Shown here: positions 13,201 to 23,469 of the stretch, piece by piece | Position numbering within the stretch: the stretch's first letter is position 1 | How the letters are laid out: each line of letters starts with the position of its first letter | Source: Antedon mediterranea | Lineage: Eukaryota > Animalia > Echinodermata | Assembly: GCF_964355755.1 (NCBI RefSeq) | Contig: NC_092672.1 | Span: 24,875,237 to 24,939,236, forward strand | Direction: 5' to 3' | Length of the DNA stretch: 64,000 bases | Notes under the pieces: generated by a model | Databases searched by the model: none | Seen by the model: the letters and a program-made list of their open reading frames with translations, nothing else | What the model was told of the DNA's origin: nothing | Made by a program: the position numbers and the translations under genes

Positions 13201-16200
13201 CTATTAAATATCCTTTTTAAACTTGTTTGTTTTTTTTAATGTACTACACACATAGAATACAAAGTAAAATATTAAATGAAATATACTATACAGTATATCA
13301 GCGTGATCAATAATTTTTGTGATGAGTTATCAGCGATAACAGCAATATGAATGTATTTATTAATTGAAGGTTATGAAGATGTACAAGAAAATGTTTGATA
13401 AAATGGAAGGAATGCCATATGCTCACCATGTAGATCGTGAAATGTACATGGTTGATAACACCATGAAATCACCTGAAGGTATTACAAAACTTAGGCGAAA
13501 CGTTGGTAGATACATGAAGGAAATGGTGAGAGAAGTTCCAGTAAAGTGGGTTAATTTACAGGAAAGTTTGCAAAGAATTGGTGAAACAAAATTGTGTATT
13601 ACGTTTGAGGAGGTAAAGTTTTGATTGTGGATTCTAATGTAATTATATAATATTATTTATTGTTACTTTATTTTTATTCCTACAGACACTAGTAATATTT
13701 ATAGTCCTGGCCTATCATTGAATTTTCCATTAGATTTTCACCAGGCTCTACAAGTAATGTACTAAGTTAAGTTATTTATTTAAATTAAATTTTGTTTTAG
13801 GTTTCCAGGATTGGCACTGAATGTGAAATATCCAAAAAGGGGCTCGCCACTGCCATAGAGTATATGAATGACATTGGGATCATTTTATATTCGAGTTCTA
13901 ACAAAAAACTGAAAAACACTGTGATAACAGATCTTAAAATGATGATTCGAATGGTGACAAAAGTGATCACGGTAGTTAAACCATCTATTAAAGTGGTAGG
14001 TAGATAATGTATTTTATTATGATATTAGATTGTCATCATGTGGATGTATAGGGGATGTTAATAATATGTTCTTAGTAACTTGATGTGAAACAGTATAATT
14101 GTATTGATCATGTGATGGTTGGTGTTTTTTTTAATATAGAAGCAAATGAGGATGCTGTGGAAAAGGCTTGATGAGGAAGGAATACTGGAGGAAACACTGC
14201 TACGGTATTTATGGAAACATGAATTAGAGGAAGATTCACATCGCTTTGAAATCTTTACTGAAGTGATGAAGACATTTGGTTTGCTCTTTGAGAAATCAAA
14301 GGTAAGTTAAACATCTTATTTTAGATTAGCTATCACTTAAATTCGCCTAAATGTTATACTTGTAATATTTTAATTTACAACACTTTGCTTACATCCGCAG
14401 GTAACTGAAGGTAACCGGGTATTCTTGGTTCCATCTCGGATGCAAACCAAGAATGAGAGTCTTAAAGTTAAAACGGACAAGAGAAATATGGTATCAATCT
14501 ATCTTACACCTACAGACTTTCTTCCCAATGCTGTATACAATACATTGGTTGTTGCATTTCTTGACTTGATGGAGATCAAAGGTCGACCTGGCGAACCAGT
14601 TGTGTTTCAAAATCGCAGTGAATTTGACTTTAAGGATCATGGGGTTAATTTAGGCACAGTGAAAATTGAAAACTGGCATGCATTAAAGGTATAGTTTGAA
14701 ATAAATATATTTGAACAGAAAATCAAACATAACATTTTGAACTAATTTTGCCACTTTTACTGAATTAAAATGTTTATGAATGAATGTTGAACATGACCTA
14801 TAAATGGTAATTGTAAAAATCCAATGACACTGTTTTGCATTTATTGATTAACCTTTTAGTAAACTTTTCTTATCAGCTTGAAATATCTCATCTAATTAAA
14901 GTTGATGGCAATACTACAGGCCCAATAAATGAACCGCAGCGAAGCTTCTGCATAGAGGTAAGGATAATATGTGTTATTATTAACATTTTCAACAAAACAG
15001 TACTAGAATGCAATAAAAGAATATTTTTAACTTAAGCTCTTCATTTTGTTGTAGGTGTTAAAATGTCTGAAGCATCAACTAGAAAATGTGCTTGTCATGA
15101 GTGAAGGAGTTGGCTACAATCTATGTGTGTTGTGTAATGTTTGTAAGCCAGCAGAGAAGCCTCATTTACATAGTCTCAAACGATGTTTGGAACAAGATTT
15201 CGATGGTGTTAAATGTGACGATAAGCTCATGGATACCACTCGTTTAAAGAACCTATTTTCGGAAGGTAATTGAAATTTTGAATTATCATCAACATTTTCA
15301 TTTTCATTTTTTTCGAGAACCACCCTACCAATAACTCTCAGCAACGACCTACTCACCCTTTATAAGCATAATACAGACATTAAGTAAACTGGAACAAACT
15401 AGTAAAAGAGATTTACGGAGCAGCCCAAGCGGAAATGTCGGCAGACTTTTCAGCGGAAAGGCAGTAATATTAATAATATTATTGAAGAAAATTATATATA
15501 TTATATATAATTTTCTTCAATAGCAATATTATTAGTTTGATTTAATGACATAGGAACATGTGTGTGTTTGTTTTTTTTTTTATTTCATACCACATCAATA
15601 CACTATACAAAGATGTGTCTAGAGACATCTGCAAAGGCCCTTTGAATAACAGATAACATTTATTCTTATTATTTACAACCTAATGAAATCCAGTTGACTA
15701 ATTAATTGGCATTTGGGAATTAGTTTTATAACAATTTTTTGAAACAGATTTAGGCAAAGCTAAACATTTATCCCAAAAAACTAGAGGCGTCATATAAATC
15801 TAGTGTTTTCCCTGCAGAAATTTTTTTTTTCATAATAAGGATTTATCTATCTGCAGTATTTATTCTGGAAGGCCTGCATAACTTTAAAATAATATTAATT
15901 TAATAATATATATAATACATTTTTTTGTTCACTAATACATGTACTGATATCTTTTGTTTGCATAGATACACCAGATGATACTACTACTCCTCTGGCTATA
16001 AGCTCATCATTATCATCAGGTCAGTTGATTGATAACATTTGTTAATTCTAAATTACATTATAAATTACATACAATTTACAAATGGCAATAGCTAATTCAG
16101 AAAACATCAGCAAATGTAGCAACATCAACAGTTAAAAATATGTTATATGGTACTTGATATGTAAAGTTTGGAAAATGTTAGTATTTTAAACAATTTTTTA

Positions 16201-19200
16201 TAAAGAAAATGTCAGATGGTGGTTTCAGACAAATCTCATGATTTCAAAATACATGAATAAGGTCCAATTTGAATTGTATAAAACAGTGTATCCTAGTGTT
16301 GTTAACAGAATAGTTTATTTAATAAAAACTAACTTTAAAATGTGTATTGAATAAATTGTGATAATGTTTTTGTTATTATGACTAATGAACATGTTTATTG
16401 TGTATAGATACACCGCCTGCTACTCTTCTAGCTACAAGCTCATTACGGACAGGTAAGTTGATTATCATTAGATCATTAGAGATCCTTAGATAGGGTAGTG
16501 TTACAACCACTAATGTAGAAATAGCAATAGCTAAATTTAGAAATAACAAATTGCTCATATGTAATTAGTACCAGCTAAGGTGAGAAAATGCTTCACAACT
16601 ATGATGAAACTACTGTTGTGAACTACATCAAGAAACCTGAAGGATTATGAAGTTAAATGTAATATAAAGTTGGTAATACATAAGGATAACAACTAAGCAG
16701 ATTCTGTATTAATCACTTTCAACTACCATGTCTGTGTATTGGGGATATTAATTATTCCCTATGCAGCAATATAAATTTTAATCTGATTTCTGGAAAGTTA
16801 TGGTGTTTTAAGAATTTATATTCATACATACATACATATTCACACAATGATTATCAACAACTATGATAATTATGCTATTTATCCTAAATTTATATCATAA
16901 CTTGAAAAAAAAGAAACTTCTCTTCAACGATTTAGATTTAGATTGTCAGAGGATAATTTCAAACAGTTGATTGCAGACTTTGCAAAATGATTTGATGATC
17001 GTGGTCTCCTTAAAAGGCTACAAGTTCTATGCATAGAAATAGTAGATGATTGATATATAAACAATGAGCTGTAATAATACCAACAATAATGAAACTATTA
17101 AGGAATACTTTACATACATGTACTAATACAGCTTATGAGTTTTCTGTCTGATTAAAATGAATATCATGACAAAAAGAGTAACTGTCATAAACACAATTTT
17201 TTTGCCGAACCATATCTCTATGTTTCTTTATCTGCCCACTAGACTAGACTACTTATTGTACAATAGATAGCATCTGATCATGTAGATATGGAAGGCAACA
17301 AGCAACTGACATACACAATTTTAAATCTCTATGTTTTTGTAGCCTCTTTATCTACCCACTAGACTAGACTCATTGTACAATAGATAGCATCTGGATGGAT
17401 CATGTACATATGGAAGGCAACAAACAACTGACATAGACCATTTTAAATCTCTATGTTTTAGTAACCTCTTTATCTACTCGCACTAGATAATAATAATACA
17501 ATAATTTATTGGAAACTTCACTTTTACAACAGTGGCACACTTTGATGATAAAGGTGCATCCAAATAATAACATACAAGAATAAATCAAATTATTAACTTA
17601 AAAATAAATCAAAATGAATGAGTGAAATACAAAATATAACTTTTGATTACAAAAATATGGTCCTCACACCTATGATCTTTCGTGAAACCACCCTGGACTT
17701 CCGTCAATTCATTATCACTTTCCAAATAGTTTGATACATTCATAGCAAGTACTCTATTAAATAATTTTGATACACAAGATGTAAGAGAGATTCCACGATA
17801 ATTGTTCAAATCTCTCTTATCACCATGTTTAAAGATTGGAATAATTAAACTTAAATTCCAGTCTTCTGGTGGTTGTTCAAAAAGGATGATTCTATTAAAT
17901 AAATCTAACAGAGATTTTACCATAATATGACCACCACAGTTCATTAGTAATGTTATCTTTCCCTGGAGATTTAAAATTTTTTTGCAAATACTTAATACAT
18001 ATTTTATACTTTCAATATCAATAGAAATATCACATAGAGGATCTGTAGCCTCATCCTCATCTCTGAACAAGACTTGTTTCTAAGGTTTTGTATACAGTTC
18101 TCAGTCATGTATACATTATTATTGAATGTATTATTTTTAGAATTACTTAGTGATTCCCAATAGTTTCTTAATGTTTCGGCTTTTTCTTCAACGCTAGTAA
18201 CTTGTTCCGACCCTGGAACCTTAAAACAATCAGTATTTTGTTGGTTAAACTTTGACCCTCTAATTGTTTGCCAGAATCCCTTACAATTTTTACCTCCTTT
18301 GTTTGCAATTAACAATTGATTTATCTACCCTCATTCTAATATCTTTTGTTTTATCAAATTCTTAGCAAACAACCGCTTTTGTTGGTAATTCTGCCAAAGG
18401 AAGTCACATGTTGCAGCATATTTGTCTTTTCTTTTAACATAATTTCTTTGAATTTGCATCCCATTCTTTAAAAGCCTTTCTAAATAGGTAATATATTCAC
18501 TAAAATCTTCACCAAACTTAATGTTCCATATATATTTCTTACTACACCTATTATCTTTATTTTTCGAGTTACTTATATCAAAGAATATAAATAGGTAAAG
18601 AATCAACAGTACGCGCTGTTATACATAGAATGATAGGAAACGCGGACGCTTATTCATGGACGCGTAAGAATCCAGCAGCCGAACGACGGCGGGCTCTAGA
18701 TATGGTTCCCGTCTAATCCCACGTTTCGATGGATCGTGATGATCTGATGTGTTCTCGCGTCTGTGCTCTACTAATTTTGATATTATTAATATTTTGATAA
18801 TCATTTTGATAAATAATCATCGTTTGCATTTTTATTGATATTTACAATAAAAGTTTTACCTTACCCACGCCTGAAGGTGGCGCACTTCTTCTAGTGAAAA
18901 GGAAATGCGCCACCTTCAGGCGTAGGCAAATAGTAACCCGGATGTGGTTTACACCGCCAACGGAACTGTTGTATCTTCTCCTTTTATTATCTTTGCTTAT
19001 ATTTAATTTAAGTAGTAACATATAATATTTTGTTGTTTTGTTATACAATACATTTTCATTGTAGATTTTGTCAGATTTACAATTGTTTTTTGTATTAATA
19101 TAAGGATGAGATATAACACAGGATGACAGTTTTAACACTTACTCCAAATTAAACGAGCATTATAAATAATGTATTTCTAAAAATCATCATGTCTCAAGTT

Positions 19201-22200
19201 CAGCAAATTCTAAATGGAATTTAAACAAAAATCATGAAAGATGTGTTGGCTAGGTGTGGTAGTTCGAGATCAGTCGGACACAATCATATGAAGGCAGCAT
19301 TGATTTCCATCAGTATTTCATTTATTCATATTCACATTCATATTCACTGGCATTTATCACATAAACTACAATCAGCCATCTCTTGGAAAAAACCCCTGTA
19401 AATACAACAGACAAACATACATAATAATAATCCACATATGAACAATTGCTAACCATTGTTACACTCATTACGTTATCTTTAGTACAATACATACACATCA
19501 CATCAGTATTACATTATTATCAATTATATATAACAAGTGATAACCACATCTATACCTGGATTAAACGATGTTAATTTTGGAGGTGCATACCCATCTTTAG
19601 TCAGCCTCCATTCCATTCAGCCCAATCTATTATTAAACATGTAAAACCAGGCTCTTAACATCATACTATTCACAACTACATATGACCACAACATTGGTCG
19701 CCATATTGGAATCCCAACTTGCACACTTATCGGCGAGTCATTCTACCATCAATTATAACTACATAATGAGCATAAACAACACATTTAATACAATACTACT
19801 ATTCATTATCATGAGTAAATACAACAATTGATTATCTTAATTTATGATATAGTATTACAATGTACCTGGAAACTAATAACTGATAATTTAATTAGTATAG
19901 CAACTGCCTCTACTCAGCCACAATGGATATGCCCAATCTGTACCCACGTGCGGGGAAATGGAAATATCTGTTTTTAAACAAAACTCTGTGAGCTATTATT
20001 TTAGGCCTAAATTTTTATGTTATCAGTGTATGTTAATACAAGTATTAACTAACACTGACACACAAGCTAATTTTCCCACAAAAAATATAAACGTCGTAGT
20101 GGTGTATCGTTACATGTACTTTACTATTTCAGTCGACTATGACAGTGACAGTTTTAACAAAGTATTAAATCGCAAATGTTCTACTCTATTTAGTGAGACA
20201 AATCTCATGACACAAAATACATGAATAAGGTCCAATGTGAATGGCATAATAAAACAGTGTATCCTAGTGTTAAAAGAATAGTTTATTTAATAAAAACTAA
20301 CTTTAAAATCTGTATTGCATAAATTGTACGTGATACTGTTTTTGTTATTATAACTAATATGTTTATTTTGCATAGATACAAAGACTGCTACTCCTCTGTC
20401 TACAAGCTCATTAGAGACAGGTTAGTGGTTATCATTAGATCATTATCTATCATATGGACAGTTTGTCTGAAAATACATGAATATAATAGCATAACATCTT
20501 GGTGTCATTAGCAGAATAGTTGATTTAATACTGGTATTCTTGATTATGACTAATGTATATGCTTATTTTGCATAGATGCACCTATTGCTGCTCCTTTGGC
20601 TACAAGCTCATTAGGGACAGGTATAGGTGAGTAACATTAGATCATTAGGGACAGGTATAGGTGAGTAACATTAGATCATTAGGGAGAGGTATAGGTGAGT
20701 AACATTAGATCATTAGGGCAGTGTTACAACCATTTATGTAGTACCAGCTATAATAAAACTACTGCTAAGAGAGAAACACTAAAGATATCATATCATTTAT
20801 TTCATTTGAACAAATACAAACATGAAAACATAACAAATGTAAATCAATGAGGCACGATTACCTAAAATAACAGCGGAGAAGGCAAAATTAGACATTCAAA
20901 CATTTTTAAAACATAATTAAAAACACATTTTTTGGAAGAAAGTTAAAATTGCTGTATATGAATGACAAGATAGTTTAAATTGTATGAAGTTAAATGTATA
21001 ACAGCAAAATCCACCACAGGTTAGCTAATTCTTTAAAATAATCAAAGCCGAACAAATCAGAATGGAATCGTGCTCATATTTCTTCTAACTTTCAGAAACA
21101 TCAAATTATCAACATTATTTTCTTTGATATTATTAATTTGAATACTATAATAACAATTTTCAAATAGTAGACAAAACTTTTCTACGTAGGAAAGGTGGTC
21201 AAAATAATAACTAAAACATCCTTGAAAACAAAACAGCAATTTGTTAAGAGATTGATTCACACATATATATATATAAACTTTTATGGGGATAAAAATGCAA
21301 TAATTATCCATCATTTGTTTTGCAGAAAATACATTGCAAGAAAAGTATTTATATTACTAAAATATAAATATGCTTATTTTGCGGTGAAACATTTTAAGAT
21401 TTGTTTAAGAGTGACTAGTATCAATCATAGTATAATAATTCTCAAACACTTGTTTTTGTAGTAAATACATCACAAGAACAATTCAACAAGTTGAAGTATG
21501 ATCTTGGTTCACTCTATATTGGTGAGCGACTGCTGTTGTTGAAATGCTGTCTATTTGAACACGTAGACTTACAGCACCTTGGCAAGTCCAGTTGCACAGC
21601 AAATTACCTATTAAACCAACTACATGAACGTCGTTATATCACACCTACTAATATCCGTCTGTTGTTAGAGGTGGCTGAGATTTCACAGTTGAAAGATGCT
21701 GAAGATCTCATAAATCAATATGTTGTAACCAACAAGGTTCCAAACACTGATGAAGATATAAAGTCAGTTTCACCATATAGGAAACGATTGTGCAAGGCAT
21801 TGCAGCAATTTGACCCACATAATTTAAATGATGTAATTGCTTACTATGGATTGAACTTATTAAGTTTACCAACAATTTGGGAATTAGTGTTTCACCTTGA
21901 AAGCAATAGAAAATTACTAGAAGAATCAAAAAGAAAGAGGTTGGCTGAGCTTCTTGGACCAATTGCTGAGAGAATACTATTCAATGGTATGTATGTTGTA
22001 TCATGTATAAACATCATCTATATATAAATTATGGTTAATTCTGACATAGGCGAGCACAATGCAAAAACTTCGGTACAAATCTCCGCCTTGGATAACTACC
22101 TTATCTATCTGAGACAGGCACTTTCCATCAATCAATACAGTGTCCCTTTAGAAGACGAAAAAAAAAATCTTGGCCATTAATCATAGCCATTTCAGTTTTT

Positions 22201-23401
22201 TGTTTATTTTAAAACATACTGCGCGTGTGTGAAGGTACAGTAGTTAAATAATAGGAATTATACTGCAAATTAATAAAGATCAAATTAAATATACGCCATA
22301 AAGAATCAGAATATATTGTGGGGAATAGTATTATAAAATTACATAGGGAGATTTGATGATAAGACATTTTTCGAGTGAAATCCCGATAGCTGAGTTTTAT
22401 TGAGTTTTTGCAGGAATAACTGTAGGCTATCTTCATGTGTCCTGTTAGGACAGAGTTAGCACTTTTCATATCTATTAGAGGATTTCATTTGATTATAAAT
22501 GTTACCATATTATTAAAACTAAAAAATTTAACATATATCCCTTGAATAAGCACCTCCCTAAAATGACCTCCGCCTCCTCAAAGGGCCCTACCAAACAATA
22601 AAAACTATACTTTAAAATGCTATTAATCATCTAAAACACTGTGAAACAAAGTAGTTTAGTTTTACGAATGTCAAGCATTTTCAATAATGGTAACCGACAG
22701 AAAACGTATAAGGAGAACATTATCATTCCGAGAACCATCGTCTACACTTCCTAGAGGGGGAGCGAGCGAAGCGAGCTCACTCTCTAGTTTATAACAATTG
22801 AAGTTAATTTATGTGATTTCTTACATACACAGTGTGATTATAAATAATGTAAGCCATGTAAAGTATATTCAACTATAAATCTCATCATATTTAAATATTG
22901 ATAGCATAACCTGCATCATTACACCAGAATTGTTAAAAGAGTAAAAATCAATCTCATAATTATACTGTAAGACACGTGTAAAGACCATTTGCACTGTACA
23001 CAATATCTTGTTTGACACAACTTTATCTATGTTTGTTAAAGAGTAATTACTAATTTTTAAGAACAGAAAGTTTACACATTCACATTTTGAACACTTTGCT
23101 GACATTAAAAGTCTTTTATACTGAAGAAAAAACTTGCCTATCACAAATAGGCCTATGTGCATGGAAACATGCCCTTAGAAATAAGAGTACCTTTTTGAAT
23201 GGGCCTGCCTTGCGTATCCATGCAAAAATCTATTAGAAAATATGTATTTTTAAAATTTGTTCCTATGTTTTTGTTATAGTTTTGTAAAAAAAAAATGAAA
23301 ACAAATTTGAATTGAATGTTACCTATGATGACTTAAATGGCCTGTTTCAACTATGATACTATACAATAAAAGTTTTTCTAATTTTTTTTTCAGATGAATG
23401 A
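1151..23401 (+). CDS. Multi-exon ankyrin-Roc-COR-tandem DED protein (kinase-less ROCO family), 5'-partial, about 945 aa in window
   Basis: Hand-assembled GT-AG exons in consistent phase: 1151-1255, 3825-3909, 4774-4939, 6317-6417, 6773-6841, 6953-7083, 8681-8770, 8882-9070, 13370-13612, 13801-13995, 14140-14301, 14401-14688, 14877-14957, 15055-15265, 15966-16019, 16408-16452, 20376-20420, 20576-20620, 21462-21986, 23394-23401 (2838 nt, ends TGA). Motifs: NGNTPLH (ANK), GKEGAGKT (G1), STDGI (G2), IWDYAGQ (G3), LVATHVD (G4), VPVKW (COR start), two DED-like repeats. Confidence 0.85.
2595..2681 (+). pseudogene. Decayed ankyrin-repeat exon copy
   Basis: YLIQSLNPASEIVKCLIKKDSALLTLLNK|gtaat aligns with the 3' part of exon 1151-1255. 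The TPLH part and an AG acceptor at the equivalent position are missing. Confidence 0.55.
3825..3909 (+). CDS. ROCO gene exon: ankyrin C-cap
   Basis: ttag|EGKTPESIVETNIYITKKEKTVILNYFD|gtaagt. Confidence 0.75.
4228..4555. mobile_element. Kolobok-like MITE
   Basis: TTAA flanks; termini AGATGTGTCCCC...GGGGACAATACATCT; inverted copy at 37965-38298. Confidence 0.7.
4774..4939 (+). CDS. ROCO gene exon: Roc P-loop
   Basis: VPAEIRARGKQAIKIYKEELKTG...RCMFLGKEGAGKTSCVKAMVGE. Confidence 0.9.
5044..5970. mobile_element. Non-autonomous TIR DNA transposon flanked by TA
   Basis: About 38-bp perfect TIR CGCCCGTATTCTTAAACCGGACTTTAGTCGTAGTTCGA; internal CGACTAAA repeats. Confidence 0.8.
6317..7083 (+). CDS. 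ROCO gene exons 6317-6417, 6773-6841, 6953-7083: Roc G2 to G3
   Basis: FNSAEQSTDGIVT...; GIELSEQIRSHALGEK...; ...SIWDYAGQLDYYITHR; canonical splice sites in phase. Confidence 0.85.
7792..8000. repeat. 81-bp tandem repeat, about 2.5 copies
   Basis: Units start at 7792, 7873, 7954. Confidence 0.9.
8681..9070 (+). CDS. ROCO gene exons 8681-8770, 8882-9070: Roc G4 region
   Basis: FFLTNTVSYCVVFNV...; MTNLDMNLFWIRSI...PPICLVATHVDKL. Confidence 0.85.
9615..11487. mobile_element. Foldback/MULE-like element with GTCAACTCGGCC subterminal repeats
   Basis: About 250-bp imperfect inverted arms (about 9620-9870 vs about 11130-11400); GGCCGAGTTGAC repeats at the right end; left terminus appears truncated. 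Confidence 0.65.
11734..13195 (+). mobile_element. Helentron/HINE-like non-autonomous element
   Basis: ACTAGATGGTACGC-loop-GCGTACCATCTAG hairpin at one end and ...TATATATAGAT at the other; near full-length inverted copy at 30964-32167; fragment near 19960-20200. Confidence 0.65.
13370..15265 (+). CDS. ROCO gene exons (six): end of Roc and COR domain
   Basis: YMVDN, EVPVKWVNLQ, IEYMNDIGIILY, LDEEGILEETLLRYLW, VMKTFGLL, VFLVPSRM, FLPNAVYNTLVV, CVLCNVC; COR-like pattern; all junctions GT-AG in phase. Confidence 0.85.
15480..15522. repeat. Perfect AT-rich palindrome (21-bp arms, 1-nt spacer)
   Basis: TATTGAAGAAAATTATATATA t TATATATAATTTTCTTCAATA. Confidence 0.9.
15966..20620 (+). CDS. ROCO gene linker micro-exons 15966-16019, 16408-16452, 20376-20420, 20576-20620
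   Basis: DTPDDTTTPLAISSSLSS / DTPPATLLATSSLRT / DTKTATPLSTSSLET / DAPIAAPLATSSLGT; all phase 1-1 with ATAG acceptors; homologous flanking introns. Confidence 0.75.
17225..17490. repeat. About 120-bp tandem repeat, about 2.2 copies
   Basis: Units start at about 17225, 17345, 17466. Confidence 0.8.
17490..18606 (-). mobile_element. Degenerate LINE ORF2 fragment (linker and N-terminal RT)
   Basis: Frameshifted ORFs 18331-18606, 18004-18315, 17609-18070 with KGFWQTI, WNLSLIIPIFKHGDKRDLNNYRGISLTSCVSKLF, QGGF; AATAAA and (TAT)n tail near 17490-17510. Confidence 0.85.
20610..20718. repeat. 34-bp tandem repeat x3 spanning a splice donor
   Basis: ATTAGGGACAGGTATAGGTGAGTAACATTAGATC at 20610, 20644, 20678. 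Confidence 0.9.
21462..21986 (+). CDS. ROCO gene exon: tandem death-effector domains
   Basis: FNKLKYDLGSLY...LLLLKCCL...LLNQLHERRYITPTNIRLLLEVAEISQLKDAEDLINQY then VSPYRKRL...IWELVFHLES; resembles the caspase-8/cFLIP prodomain pattern. Confidence 0.75.
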
Positions 23402-23469
23402 GCAATTCCACTTCTATCCAAGCAGACAATTGAAAGAGTACCACAAACATGTGAAAATATCAAGACAAT

